Positions 50,803 to 61,327 of a stretch of 64,000 nucleotides of DNA are shown here, piece after piece (within the stretch, counting starts at the first letter, position 1; every line of letters begins with the position of its first letter). This DNA comes from an uncultured Ignavibacteria bacterium. Its GTDB lineage: Bacteria; Zixibacteria; MSB-5A5; CAIYYT01. A program made the translations under genes and the position numbers. The stretch lies in the NCBI GenBank assembly GCA_964370935.1, contig CAYJKI010000007.1:9167-73166 (forward strand), given 5' to 3'. The notes under the pieces are model-generated. The model did no database searches. It had not been told where the DNA came from and was given only the letters and a program-made list of their open reading frames with translations.

Positions 50803-51225
50803 ATGAGATACGGACGATACATATTTGGCGTCGCCTTGTGCGTGTTATTGCTGGGAGCATCGGCGTCCGGTGTATCCCGCAAGCCGAAAACGGGCGGAGA
50901 CAATAAGGCGAAGGCTGCTGACACCGTTAAGCAGGGCCAGCCGAAGCAAGATTCCGCCAAGAAGGCGGTTACGACTCCGAGTTTACCGGTGAAGAAGGAT
51001 AGCGCATTAACGAAGAAAGTGACGCCGGCGAAGTTTAACGACTTCCAAGATTCGAACAAAAACGGGATAGACGATCGGCTGGAGAAGACGAGCACGGAAG
51101 CGAAAAAGCCTTCATCTACGGCTACCAAGAAGACCGAAACGAAGAAGACCGAGACAAAGAAAACCGAAACAAAGAAATCCAGCACAATTACGAAGACCCC
51201 GACTACTCCTAAGAAGTCCAAGTAG
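50803..51225 (+). CDS. Secreted Lys/Thr-rich low-complexity protein with KKTETKK repeats (hypothetical)
   Basis: ATG at 50803 gives the signal peptide MRYGRYIFGVALCVLLLGASASG; the rest is K/T/A-rich with KKTETKKTETKKTETKK. The ORF on the opposite strand (50673-51221) reads as a Phe/Val-rich mirror artefact. Confidence 0.5.
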   Translation: MRYGRYIFGVALCVLLLGASASGVSRKPKTGGDNKAKAADTVKQGQPKQDSAKKAVTTPSLPVKKDSALTKKVTPAKFNDFQDSNKNGIDDRLEKTSTEAKKPSSTATKKTETKKTETKKTETKKSSTITKTPTTPKKSK

Positions 51226-51302
51226 TTTTCGATTAACCGGAAAATGAGAAGGCGATGAACCCGGATGGGCGCATCGCCTTCTTGTTTGCGTGGTAAACGA
51301 TT

Positions 51303-53528
51303 CTACCTCAAGTAGCCAGAACAGTCACAGGTCAGGCCGGGATTCGGCCCGCCGGAAAACACGAATTGTATCAAGTACACGGCGTCCGAGATAGTAACCG
51401 CGCCGCTGCAATCGGCATCACCGGAGCCGATTAAGTCCGGAGTTGGCGCCACACCGCCGAGGAATACGAAGGAGATAAGAGCGACGGCGTCGCTCACGGT
51501 ATAGGCGCCGCTGCCGTCAGCGTCACCGACTAACCAGGTGCAGGTCTGGGGCAAATTCACATTGACCAGTTCCAGAGCCGAATATTGAGACAACTGGTTT
51601 TCGGCGTCTTTGGCGCGGACGCGATAGAAGTATGCGCCATCGGTCAGGCCGGTGACGTGGAAGGTGGAATCCGTTTCGGAATTAGTCAGCAAGGTTTCGT
51701 TGGCGTAGGAGTCGACCGGGTAGATGTCATCGATCCAGAGACCGGGGTCATTGACGAATCCGTCGCTGTTGTAGCGGACGCGGTAGAGGATGTTCTGACC
51801 CACATAGGCGGTCAGACTGAACTTTGCCAGCACCCAGCCGGTGGAGGCGCCGGTAATGCCGTTGCCGATATTATTGCCGTTGGGGTTGGAATTGGTTGTG
51901 ATGTTGCCGGGTAATGTCGCCCAAGTCGCGCCGCCATTGGTGGAGACTTCGGCGTAGGCATAGTCCCAACCGTCTTCGAGGTCATACCAGGCATTGAATT
52001 TCAGGGTGTCACCGGGAAGCACGTTCAATGCATTGACTGCGGTCAAGCGATTATTGAGGTTGCTTGCCGAACCGGAAAAGTACGATTTCGTTCCGGAAAC
52101 CGCACGAGTTGTCGAAGAGGTAAAGCCGTTTTCGATCCAGTTACCGCTGACGGTTTCGATATCGTCGGTACCGCGCGCATAGCCGCTCAATTGCCAGACT
52201 TCGAAGTTCTGGGCCGGATTGTCGAAATCGAGATGGTGCCAATAGAGGTCGAATTCGCTGACCGAGATGTCGGCTTGCGGATAGATCAGGGGATTGTTCG
52301 GGGCGAGAATTTTCCTCGGCGCGCCGGCGATACGCGCCAGAAAGAGCTGCGGTCCCAGTGCGTTCTGTACGAGTGGAGATATGCGATTGGTCGGCGGCCA
52401 GAAATTGTCGGTGTCATTGCCGATTTCAATCGTGCAAGCATAGTTCTTATTCTTGGTTGTTTGCTCACCGTAGCCCCAATCGTCGCTCGAACCATTGACC
52501 GGGTACAGCAACTGCCACGGCGGACCGACGGAATAGCCGGCTAGCGCGGCGACGGTGTCGGCCATGGAAGCAAAGAGATCATTATCGGGCGTATAGAGTT
52601 CGTCATAACCCCAGGGATAAAGGAACAGGTCAGAAAACGAATGCAGGGAAAGCGTAATGACGAAATTTCGCGATTCGATGAATGCCTTTTCGACCTGCGT
52701 TTCCGGTTCGGAGAAAGGACCGGTGCCGCGATAGGTTTCGGAAGAACCTGAAGGTGAGGAACCTTCGTCGTCGTATCCCCACTGGTAGCCGTAATTGCGG
52801 TTGAGATCGACGCCGAAGGTGCCGCCGCCGTTGTTACGACGATTCTTGCGCCACATTCCGCCGCCGCCTGGATTGTTTTCTTCGTTGTAGTAATATCCGT
52901 CGGGATTCATGCAGGGGCTGAAGAACAGCTCACGATTGTTTACCAAGTAGGTGACCTGTGGGTCAGTGCCGTAGTTGTTCGTGAGATAGCGCATGAAGTA
53001 GATCAGGGCTTCGGGAGTGATAACCTCACGGGCGTGGTGCGCTGCATAGAAGTAAACTTCCGGTTCGCTTTCATCCACCAGCGGATTGTCAGAAATCTTC
53101 ATGACATAGATCGGGCGTAGTTCAAGAGAGTTGCCGATCGACCACTTCGGACGGACAGTGATGGGATTGGCAGTGGCGATTGAGTCCATAGCCAATTCAA
53201 TTTCATCGAGAGTGCGATAACCGCCCATGCTCTTGGTGGGATCAAAACGGCTTTGGAAGAACGAAGTTACATCCGGGATGGAGACTTCATACGTAAGACC
53301 GCTGGCGGCGAGCTGCTGCAGTTCTGCATCCGTAACGACGACATCGACGAATTTCTCGCCGGTAAAAACCTCGTCGAGTTGCAGGGACTTGAGGATCAAA
53401 TAATCAGCGCGCGTTTCGATGGTGATGCGCGCTTGTGAGAATTGCTCGGCGGCTTGAATTTGGATTGTAAGTGATGCCCAGACCAATACTGCCAGTAGGC
53501 AAGAAACAATATTCCGATCGGTGATCAT
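51303..53528 (-). CDS. Secreted M14-family zinc carboxypeptidase with accessory β-domains and C-terminal dockerin-like repeat pair
   Basis: It has a signal peptide. M14 motifs are …FYAAHHAREVIT… (HxxE zinc ligands), …GVDLNRNYGYQW…, …SLHSFS… and …ACTIEIG…. The C-terminal DADGSGAYTVSDAVALISFVFLGGVAP…DADCSGAVTISDAVYLIQFVFSGGPNP is followed by GLTCDCSGYLR. Confidence 0.8.
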   Translation of the reverse strand: MITDRNIVSCLLAVLVWASLTIQIQAAEQFSQARITIETRADYLILKSLQLDEVFTGEKFVDVVVTDAELQQLAASGLTYEVSIPDVTSFFQSRFDPTKSMGGYRTLDEIELAMDSIATANPITVRPKWSIGNSLELRPIYVMKISDNPLVDESEPEVYFYAAHHAREVITPEALIYFMRYLTNNYGTDPQVTYLVNNRELFFSPCMNPDGYYYNEENNPGGGGMWRKNRRNNGGGTFGVDLNRNYGYQWGYDDEGSSPSGSSETYRGTGPFSEPETQVEKAFIESRNFVITLSLHSFSDLFLYPWGYDELYTPDNDLFASMADTVAALAGYSVGPPWQLLYPVNGSSDDWGYGEQTTKNKNYACTIEIGNDTDNFWPPTNRISPLVQNALGPQLFLARIAGAPRKILAPNNPLIYPQADISVSEFDLYWHHLDFDNPAQNFEVWQLSGYARGTDDIETVSGNWIENGFTSSTTRAVSGTKSYFSGSASNLNNRLTAVNALNVLPGDTLKFNAWYDLEDGWDYAYAEVSTNGGATWATLPGNITTNSNPNGNNIGNGITGASTGWVLAKFSLTAYVGQNILYRVRYNSDGFVNDPGLWIDDIYPVDSYANETLLTNSETDSTFHVTGLTDGAYFYRVRAKDAENQLSQYSALELVNVNLPQTCTWLVGDADGSGAYTVSDAVALISFVFLGGVAPTPDLIGSGDADCSGAVTISDAVYLIQFVFSGGPNPGLTCDCSGYLR

Positions 53529-53611
53529 CTGGCTGGCTCCTTCGCGTGGTGAAGTAGAATCAACGCCGCTGCTCGTGCGGCTGATAATCTGTTTAAGGAA
53601 AACAATATAAG

Positions 53612-55543
53612 TTAAAATGGGGTTGAGGCAACACTATTCTCGACCGCAGATGGTGCTTCAACTTGATGAGGGATGATCGGCAAAGCGATGGTGAACTTTG
53701 TGCCGTTTCCGATTTGGGATTGACATGTAATTGTTCCACCGTGGGCCATGACCCATTTTCTTGCGAGCGCTAAACCGAGACCTGTACCATCAGCTTTTCC
53801 GGAGGTGTAGAACGGTGTGAAGATTCGCGACAGTTGGTCTTCGGTCATACCCTTACCTTGGTCGGCAATTTCCAACAAGAACATCTCTGATGTGCTGTCG
53901 AAGCAAAAATCGAGCGAGATCGACTTCTGCGGGAGAGAGGCCTGAATAGCGTTCTCGATGAGATTAATCAGTGTATTGAGAATCAGCAAAGGGTCGCAGA
54001 CGAATTGCGGAGTATCATTCTGGCAATTGACAATCAGCTGGAGGTCGCGTTCGGTCAGTTTGTGTTCGAAATGTGTCATGAGTGCGAGCCGGATTTCAGC
54101 AAATGTCGTGGGAACTGGAGAGATTTCACCGACGCGGGAAAGTTTGAGAAAACGATCGAGCATTTCGCCGGTGATGCGGGCCTCCCGGAGAATTCCGGAG
54201 ACCATTTCGGCCGTTGTGCCTTCGGAGCAGAGTTTCGTTAGCAATTGCGAATAGCCGATTACCGCTCCCATCGAGTTGCGCAGTTGATGTGCGAGGCCGG
54301 CGGACATTTCACCGAGAACCGCCATCTGTTCTTTCACGACAATTTCGGCTTCGAGCCGCTTCAGTTCCGTGATGTCGGAGATGAGCAAGGTGGCGCCACG
54401 AGTAGCGCCATAAGCGTCAGTAACCAATGAGCAGGTGACGGAGAGCCAGATTGTGCACTTGTTGCGGGCGAGAATTTCGATTTCCGGGATGCTCTTGCCG
54501 GTTCGAGTTCGCAGTGTTTCGGCAAGCAAGTTTTGAAGCGATGGCCACTCGCAAAGCGTACTTGCGTACTGGCGGGCAATGGCGTCGTCGGTGGCGATTC
54601 CGAGAATCTTGGCAGCGGAGTCATTGAAGTGGGTAATCGTGCCGTCAATGCTGCAACTTAGGACACCAGAGGGCATACTGCCGAGAACGTCTTCAGTGTA
54701 GCGTTCGAGACTGGCGGCGCGATCGCGCTGTTGGGCATAGAGCTGCTGCAGTTTCTGCTCTTTCGTGCGCAGCTCGCTGATGACTTTTTGAAAGGCCTCA
54801 ACCGCAAAATCAACTGACTCCGGTTTGTCAGTGCGGGCGATGTCGGCAGCGATGGCTTCGCTTTTGATCTGGTTGTACGGTTTCATTGTGATCTTGAGGA
54901 GCATGACGGCCATCGTCAAAGCAGCGAGCACGCTTAGGACTTGAAAGAGCGTGTTGAGAGTTGCAAAGCGTTCAATGTCGCTCAACTCGCCGGCATTAAT
55001 TGCGACGACGAGAGTCAGCGGTTCTTCGCTATCACTGACAAAGTGAAAGAACCCTGTTCGTTCGGAGCCGCCGGAGGCTAGTCGATAAGGTTTGGACAAT
55101 GACGCCGGCAGTCCGCTGTGAATTCCGCCGGCGATTGTCTTGGGTAAACCGTACAAGCGGCGAATCTCGGCGAGGCGCGGCGATGAAACGAAGTCGGAGG
55201 ATTGCGCCGAATCATCGCGAAGGAGATCGGTTTCGATCAGCGATACTTTTGTAAATCCGGCAGCCAAAGCCAGATCGCGTACCGGTTGGGAGTTGATGCG
55301 GTCAGCCGGATTAGAGCGCAGGGCGCCGGCCACGAGCCGGAGGTTTTGCGAGGACTCGTCGAGGAGCTGTTGTTCCTGTGCCGACTTGGTCTGACTGAAA
55401 TACCTAAGGGAGTTGAGATTGGCGACCAGGATCAGGAGGAACATGAAGGCGAGGGTCAGGCGAATGCGGATTTCGTAAGTAAATCCGATTCGCTTCAATA
55501 AGCCGACGTCGATCTCGCTAGATTTGATCTTGGGAAGTCTCAT
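53612..55543 (-). CDS. Sensor histidine kinase (two N-terminal TM helices, periplasmic sensor, PAS, HisKA, HATPase_c); no adjacent response regulator
   Basis: H-box …MSAGLAHQLRNSMGAV… and G-boxes …GTGLGLALARKW…GGTI…, plus a PAS-like region. There is no response-regulator gene within the window. Confidence 0.85.
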   Translation of the reverse strand: MRLPKIKSSEIDVGLLKRIGFTYEIRIRLTLAFMFLLILVANLNSLRYFSQTKSAQEQQLLDESSQNLRLVAGALRSNPADRINSQPVRDLALAAGFTKVSLIETDLLRDDSAQSSDFVSSPRLAEIRRLYGLPKTIAGGIHSGLPASLSKPYRLASGGSERTGFFHFVSDSEEPLTLVVAINAGELSDIERFATLNTLFQVLSVLAALTMAVMLLKITMKPYNQIKSEAIAADIARTDKPESVDFAVEAFQKVISELRTKEQKLQQLYAQQRDRAASLERYTEDVLGSMPSGVLSCSIDGTITHFNDSAAKILGIATDDAIARQYASTLCEWPSLQNLLAETLRTRTGKSIPEIEILARNKCTIWLSVTCSLVTDAYGATRGATLLISDITELKRLEAEIVVKEQMAVLGEMSAGLAHQLRNSMGAVIGYSQLLTKLCSEGTTAEMVSGILREARITGEMLDRFLKLSRVGEISPVPTTFAEIRLALMTHFEHKLTERDLQLIVNCQNDTPQFVCDPLLILNTLINLIENAIQASLPQKSISLDFCFDSTSEMFLLEIADQGKGMTEDQLSRIFTPFYTSGKADGTGLGLALARKWVMAHGGTITCQSQIGNGTKFTIALPIIPHQVEAPSAVENSVASTPF

Positions 55544-55630
55544 CTTAAGTATTATCGGCCGATGGAAGAGATGCAGTTAGCGGCAGTTAGGGCTTGCCAA
55601 CGAGTCAATTAACGGGTATCCTGGAGATAG

Positions 55631-56356
55631 GTGATGAATCGAATTTGGATTATGCTAATTGCGGCAGTATTTGCCGGTCTGACCGGGCAGAGTTTTGCTC
55701 AAGTGCCGGAGTATGTGCTGCGATATGAGGCACAGCATTTTGCGAAGCTGCTGCAGGTAACACAGCATCATGTAATCACCGAGCGATTTGATGCCAAGGA
55801 ATTGAATGTATCGATTTATGCCTATCGACTTGACCAAAAGACGGAGCAGGGAGCGATAACGGATAGTGCGCTGTTCAGCACAAGCAAGCTGATTTTCGAC
55901 GACTATTTCCTCGATTCGATGGAGGAAAATCGCCAGTACTTGCTGTCGCTGCCGATGGCGCGGGTGATGGCGAATCACCGGGTCAAATATCTCGGGACGA
56001 TCGACACAATTGCGGGGCTGCCGTCGTACCAATACTCGATTGAGTCAGAAGGAAGCCGAGAGTACCTGGTCTGGCTGGCGGAGGCGCCAGAAGGACTCGA
56101 GAACCTGCTTCTTTGGCAATCACTCGGATATCAGGAGCGAAAAGGGTCATTCTTGCTGGATGAAGAGCTTTGCAATGTAATTCGGCTAATACTTCTTAGG
56201 AACGTGAGTTTTCCTCCGAAGTCTGAATCGCAGGGGAAACCGTTTATCATTACCCGATACGATACAGCTGTGAATCCGGATAATCTCAATACTCGCGACA
56301 ACAGCTATCTGTATGAATTGAAGAGTCTTACGGGCATAAATTCGACGGCCGAATGA
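55631..56356 (+). CDS. Secreted hypothetical protein
   Basis: 241 aa with an N-terminal signal peptide (MMNRIWIMLIAAVFAGLTGQSFAQ); no recognisable family. Confidence 0.5.
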   Translation: MMNRIWIMLIAAVFAGLTGQSFAQVPEYVLRYEAQHFAKLLQVTQHHVITERFDAKELNVSIYAYRLDQKTEQGAITDSALFSTSKLIFDDYFLDSMEENRQYLLSLPMARVMANHRVKYLGTIDTIAGLPSYQYSIESEGSREYLVWLAEAPEGLENLLLWQSLGYQERKGSFLLDEELCNVIRLILLRNVSFPPKSESQGKPFIITRYDTAVNPDNLNTRDNSYLYELKSLTGINSTAE

Positions 56357-56462
56357 GGTCATTTTCCGGTAATCGGCGAATTCTCGCAAACATCACCTCA
56401 ATTTCGCGTATAAGTAACTGATAGGTTTGCGGTTGACAGACCGATTTTTTTTGCTACCTTCG

Positions 56463-56489
56463 TTGGCACTCTTGAGCACAGAGTGCTAA
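56463..56489 (+). promoter_or_regulatory. CIRCE element (HrcA operator) upstream of hrcA-grpE-dnaK-dnaJ
   Basis: TTGGCACTC-N9-GAGTGCTAA matches the CIRCE consensus TTAGCACTC-N9-GAGTGCTAA with one mismatch. A TTGACA -35-like hexamer lies at 56433-56438. Confidence 0.88.
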
Positions 56490-56501
56490 GAGGGAAATGG
56501 A

Positions 56502-57536
56502 GTGATGACGGTTTACAATTTAACAGAGCGTGAACGAGTAGTCTTGGCGGTATTAATCGACTACTACATCCGCACGGCCGAACCGGTCGGTTCACGAGTC
56601 ATTGCGACACGATTCAATCTCGGTGTCTCGCCGGCAACCATCAGGAACACGCTGTCGGATCTGGAAGAGCGGGGTTTGATTGAACAGCCGCATACTTCGG
56701 CGGGGCGAATTCCGACGGAGTCAGGATATCGCCTGTATGTTGACTCATTGCTCAAGACGGAGAAGCTTTCGCAGGCTGACCGCGACAAGATCAAGAAGTT
56801 GCTGGTCACCGACTACAGCGCCATCGAAGATGTATTGGAGCAGACTGCGCGAGTGTTGGCTAAGGTATCTGCCCAGTTGGGTGTGACAGTGATGCCGAAA
56901 TTTGAAGAGGCTGTCCTCAATAAGATCGATCTGGTGCAGGTCACGGATAAAAAGGTGATGGTGATAATTGCAGTCAAATCAGGATTGGTGCGAACGCTGC
57001 TTCTGGAAGTGGACACGGAAATCGAGCACCAAGCGATCCGGCAGACGGCGGAGATTCTCAATGACAAGTTAGTCGGGTTGACCCTGGGGGAGATCAGGCG
57101 CACGGTCTTCGAGAGACTGCGCAATGAGAGCCGCGGCGAACCGCAGTTGCTGAAGCTGTTCATGGAGCAGAAAGAGCATATCCTAGATGAGTCAGCGATC
57201 GAGGGGCTGCACACGGACGGAACGACGAATATCATCTCGCAGAAAGAATTTCAGGATCCCGAAAAGCTGCGCGAGTTTATCACGTTGTTGGAGGAGCGCA
57301 AGAGTCTCGTAGGATTGCTCAAGCACAAAACGGTTGGCGACGGCGTATCGGTGACGATTGGCGCCGAGTCGAATATCGAAGGGATGAAGGGTTGTTCGGC
57401 GGTCATTCATACGTATGAAGTCGGGCAGAACCGGGGAACAATCGGCATTATCGGCCCGACACGCATGGAGTATGCGAAGCTGATGTCAGTGGTCGACTAC
57501 ACGGCGAAAGTGCTGTCGGAGATTCTATCAAAGTAG
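56502..57536 (+). CDS. hrcA: Heat-inducible transcription repressor HrcA
   Basis: 344 aa; N-terminal wHTH (…RERVVLAVLIDYYIRTAEPVGSR…) and HrcA C-terminal domain. The start is GTG 56502 or ATG 56505. Confidence 0.92.
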   Translation: MMTVYNLTERERVVLAVLIDYYIRTAEPVGSRVIATRFNLGVSPATIRNTLSDLEERGLIEQPHTSAGRIPTESGYRLYVDSLLKTEKLSQADRDKIKKLLVTDYSAIEDVLEQTARVLAKVSAQLGVTVMPKFEEAVLNKIDLVQVTDKKVMVIIAVKSGLVRTLLLEVDTEIEHQAIRQTAEILNDKLVGLTLGEIRRTVFERLRNESRGEPQLLKLFMEQKEHILDESAIEGLHTDGTTNIISQKEFQDPEKLREFITLLEERKSLVGLLKHKTVGDGVSVTIGAESNIEGMKGCSAVIHTYEVGQNRGTIGIIGPTRMEYAKLMSVVDYTAKVLSEILSK

Positions 57537-57552
57537 AGAATGGTTTAGGGAT

Positions 57553-58116
57553 ATGGAAAAAGAAGATCTGAAGAACAATACAGAGAATGATGCTGTGGAA
57601 GTTGAAGTCACAGCAGAGGCGGAGGCGGAGGCAACGGCGCCAGTCGTCGAGCAGGACGAGGCGGCACTGTTGAAGCAGCAGCTTGAAGAGCAGAAGAATG
57701 ATTATCTGCGATTGGCGGCGGAGTTTGACAATTTCCGCAAGCGCACGCGCCGTGATACGGCGGACATCATTCGCAGCGCCAACGAGTCATTGATCATCCA
57801 GTTGCTGGATGTACTCGATAATTTCGACCGGGCAATGAAAAGTCGCGAAGAGAATGTTGATTTCGAGACGTATAGCAAGGGTGTCGCGCTGGTGTACGAC
57901 AAGTTTAATGCAATTCTGGGCAACGCCGGACTGAAACGTTTCGAATCGATCGGCGAGCCGTTCGATCCGCGCTTGCATGAGGCGCTGCTTCAGGTCGAAT
58001 CCGATGACAAGGAGCCGGACACGGTGGCGAATGAACTGTCGCCGGGTTATACCCTCAATGACAAGGTGATTCGCCACGCCAAGGTTGGCGTCACGAAGAA
58101 GAAGGAAGAAAACTAA
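57553..58116 (+). CDS. grpE: Nucleotide exchange factor GrpE
   Basis: 187 aa; …YLRLAAEFDNFRKRT… GrpE signature. Confidence 0.94.
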   Translation: MEKEDLKNNTENDAVEVEVTAEAEAEATAPVVEQDEAALLKQQLEEQKNDYLRLAAEFDNFRKRTRRDTADIIRSANESLIIQLLDVLDNFDRAMKSREENVDFETYSKGVALVYDKFNAILGNAGLKRFESIGEPFDPRLHEALLQVESDDKEPDTVANELSPGYTLNDKVIRHAKVGVTKKKEEN

Positions 58117-58190
58117 AACATTGCTGGCGCACGATAAATTGATAGCTTTGGGCTATGTTCGCGGTTTCGATGTGATGGAGGTTAAAGATA

Positions 58191-60122
58191 ATGGCTAAAG
58201 TAATTGGTATAGATCTGGGCACGACCAACTCTTGCGTCGCTGTCATGGAAGGCGGCGAGCCGGTCGTCATTCCGAATCAAGAGGGCGGGCGCACTACGCC
58301 TTCGGTTGTAGCATTCTTGGACAATGGTGAAAAGCTAGTTGGACAGATTGCCAAACGGCAGGCGATCAAGAATCCGACGAATACGGTCTTCTCGATTAAG
58401 CGTTTTATGGGACGGCGTCACTCGGAAGTCAGCTCTGAAGAGAAGCTGGTGCCATACAAGGTCACGGAAAATGAGTCCGGCGATTGCCGGGTAGATATCA
58501 ACGGGAAGTTATTCTCGCCGCCAGAGATTTCCGCATTGATTCTGCAAAATCTTAAGGCGACGGCAGAATCGTATCTTGGTCACTCGGTCACACAGGCTGT
58601 GGTGACAGTTCCGGCGTATTTCAACGATAGCCAAAGGCAGGCGACCAAGGACGCCGGGCGCGTAGCAGGTCTCGAGGTACTGCGAATCATCAACGAGCCG
58701 ACAGCGGCGGCGTTGGCGTACGGACTCGACAAGAACAAGAATCAGAAGATTGCCGTCTACGATTTGGGCGGCGGCACATTTGATATATCGATTCTCGAGT
58801 TGGGCGACAGCGTGTTTGAAGTGCTTTCCACGAACGGCGATACGCATTTGGGTGGCGATGATTTCGATCAACGGTTGATTGATTATATCGCGGAAGAATT
58901 TCTGCGTCAGGAGTCAATCGATTTGCGCAAGGACCGAATGGCGTTGCAACGTCTGAAGGAAGCGGCGGAGAAAGCGAAGTGCGAACTGTCCACGACGATG
59001 CAGACGCAGGTGAACCTGCCGTTCATAACTGCAGATCAAAACGGGCCGAAGCATCTTGATTTGACAATCACGCGCGCTAAGCTTGAGCAGTTGACGGACG
59101 ATTTGATTCAGCGCACGGTTGAGCCGTGTCGTCGCGCACTCAAGGATGCGGGTCTTGATCCGTCGCAGGTTGCCGAAGTGGTGCTTGTCGGCGGTATGAC
59201 GCGCATGCCGAAGGTACAGCAAGTCGTAAAGGATTTGTTCGGTCGCGAACCGCATCGCGGTGTTAATCCTGATGAGGTCGTCGCGATTGGTGCGGCGATC
59301 CAGGGTGGAGTACTGGCGGGCGATGTCAAGGATGTGCTGCTTTTGGACGTGACGCCGTTGTCGCTGGGAATTGAAACTCTCGGCGGAGTGGCGACGCGAT
59401 TGATCGAGCGCAACACGACGATTCCGACGCGCAAGTCGCAGGTCTTTTCGACGGCATCGGACAATCAGCCGGCAGTGAGCATTAATGTGCTTCAGGGCGA
59501 GCGCGAGATGGCGATCGACAATCGAACGCTGGGACGATTCGATCTGGTGGGAATTCCACCGGCTCCGCGCGGTATGCCGCAGATCGAGGTGACATTTGAT
59601 ATTGATGCTAACGGCATCGTTCACGTGTCTGCCAAGGATCTGGGCACAGGCAAAGAACAGAAGATCAAGATTGAGTCATCATCCGGACTCTCGGAAGCCG
59701 AAATCCAGAAGATGGTGCGCGATGCGGAAGCGAATGTCGAAGTCGACAAGAAGAAGCGCGAGTTGATCGAGGTGCGCAACAAAGCCGACCAGGTCATCTA
59801 CTCGACAGAGAAAACGCTGAAGGATTATGGCGAAAAGGTTTCCGCCGAAGAGCGACAGGCGATTGTCGATGCCAAGGAGAAACTGGAAGCGGCGATAAAG
59901 ACTGATTCTGTCGAGATCATCAATCAGAAAATGGACGATCTGATGACAGCATCGCAGAAGATCGCGGAAATGATTTACAAACAGACGCAGGAACAGCAGG
60001 CGGCAGGGGCTTCACAGCAAGGCGAAACTGCCGGCGAAGCCAAAACGCAGGGCAGCGGTCCGGCTAAGGAAGATGTCGTCGATGCCGACTATGAAGTAGT
60101 TGACGAGGACAAGAAGAAGTAG
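58191..60122 (+). CDS. dnaK: Molecular chaperone DnaK (Hsp70)
   Basis: 643 aa; [14 protein letters not shown]…, DLGGGTFD…, and a C-terminal lid. Confidence 0.97.
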   Translation: MAKVIGIDLGTTNSCVAVMEGGEPVVIPNQEGGRTTPSVVAFLDNGEKLVGQIAKRQAIKNPTNTVFSIKRFMGRRHSEVSSEEKLVPYKVTENESGDCRVDINGKLFSPPEISALILQNLKATAESYLGHSVTQAVVTVPAYFNDSQRQATKDAGRVAGLEVLRIINEPTAAALAYGLDKNKNQKIAVYDLGGGTFDISILELGDSVFEVLSTNGDTHLGGDDFDQRLIDYIAEEFLRQESIDLRKDRMALQRLKEAAEKAKCELSTTMQTQVNLPFITADQNGPKHLDLTITRAKLEQLTDDLIQRTVEPCRRALKDAGLDPSQVAEVVLVGGMTRMPKVQQVVKDLFGREPHRGVNPDEVVAIGAAIQGGVLAGDVKDVLLLDVTPLSLGIETLGGVATRLIERNTTIPTRKSQVFSTASDNQPAVSINVLQGEREMAIDNRTLGRFDLVGIPPAPRGMPQIEVTFDIDANGIVHVSAKDLGTGKEQKIKIESSSGLSEAEIQKMVRDAEANVEVDKKKRELIEVRNKADQVIYSTEKTLKDYGEKVSAEERQAIVDAKEKLEAAIKTDSVEIINQKMDDLMTASQKIAEMIYKQTQEQQAAGASQQGETAGEAKTQGSGPAKEDVVDADYEVVDEDKKK

Positions 60123-60157
60123 TCCCGACGCAGTGATGGAGGTCACTGCTTAATGAT

Positions 60158-61327
60158 ATGAGCAAACGTGATTATTACGAGATTCTCGGCGTTGCAAAAA
60201 CGGCGACCGAGGACGAGATAAAGAAAGCCTACCGCAAGCTTGCGGTGCAATATCATCCGGACAAAAACCCGGGCGATAAAGCCTCCGAGGAGAAATTCAA
60301 AGAGGCGACCGAGGCGTATGAAGTTCTCAAGGATGCCCAGACTCGCGCTCGCTATGACCAGTTTGGCCATGCGGCGACCTCGGGACAGGGCGGATTCCCC
60401 GGCGGCGGCGGATACGGGCAGGGATTCGATATCAACGATGCGTTGCGAGCATTCATGCGCGATTTTGGCATGGGTGGTTCGAGTTTCGAGGAAATGTTCG
60501 GCGGCGGTGGTCGACGCGGAGGCGGTCGTCAACATTTTCACGGCGAAGATATCAAGGTTCGGCTGCGGTTGAGTTTAGAAGAGATTGCATTTGGCGCCGA
60601 GAAGGTGATCAAATATAAGCGATTCAAACGCTGCGGAACCTGTTCAGGTTCTGGTGCGGCGGCCGGTGCCTCAAAGGAGAAATGCCGGGTGTGTAAGGGC
60701 GCCGGTGAAGTACGGCAGGTGTCGCGGTCGATGTTCGGGCAGTTCATCAATGTCAGCACTTGCTCGAATTGCGGTGGCAGCGGGGAAGTTATTACATCAC
60801 CTTGCACTGCCTGTACAGGCTCGGGCAGGGTTGAAGAGCAGGCGACGATCACGGTAAAGATTCCTGCCGGTGTCTCGGAGGGGAATTATATCCCGATGCG
60901 GGGCGAAGGGAATGCCGGGATGCGCGGCGGCGAGTCGGGCGATCTGATTGTGCTGATTGAAGAGAAGGATCACGAACGATTTGTCCGACATGGAAATGAC
61001 ATCATTACGGAAGTGCCGGTGACGATTTCGACGGCGGCGCTTGGCGGTGAGATCGAAATCGAAACGCTTGACGGCAAGATCAAACTCAAGATTCCCGCCG
61101 GCACACAGACCGGAAAGATTCTGAAAATGCGCGGCCAGGGGCTGGGCAAGTTGCGCTCATCAGGTCGCGGCGACCTGTTGGCGAAGATGACCGTCTGGAC
61201 GCCGCAGAGTCTGTCATCGGAGCAGAAGGCGCTATACGAGAAGTTGCGTCATATAGAAGGGGACGTTCCACCAGCGAAGGACACGAAGTCGATTTTTGAG
61301 CGGCTGAAAGAATCGCTGGGGGTGTGA
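60158..61327 (+). CDS. dnaJ: Molecular chaperone DnaJ
   Basis: J domain with HPD, a G/F region, four CxxCxGxG zinc-finger repeats and a C-terminal domain. Confidence 0.96.
   Translation: MSKRDYYEILGVAKTATEDEIKKAYRKLAVQYHPDKNPGDKASEEKFKEATEAYEVLKDAQTRARYDQFGHAATSGQGGFPGGGGYGQGFDINDALRAFMRDFGMGGSSFEEMFGGGGRRGGGRQHFHGEDIKVRLRLSLEEIAFGAEKVIKYKRFKRCGTCSGSGAAAGASKEKCRVCKGAGEVRQVSRSMFGQFINVSTCSNCGGSGEVITSPCTACTGSGRVEEQATITVKIPAGVSEGNYIPMRGEGNAGMRGGESGDLIVLIEEKDHERFVRHGNDIITEVPVTISTAALGGEIEIETLDGKIKLKIPAGTQTGKILKMRGQGLGKLRSSGRGDLLAKMTVWTPQSLSSEQKALYEKLRHIEGDVPPAKDTKSIFERLKESLGV

Noticed and set aside
50673-51221. 182-aa minus-strand Phe/Val-rich ORF opposite the Lys/Thr-rich secreted protein gene
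   Set aside because: Lys codons (AAG/AAA) read in reverse give Leu/Phe. The + strand ORF has a proper signal peptide and is co-oriented with the upstream genes, so the minus ORF is a mirror artefact.
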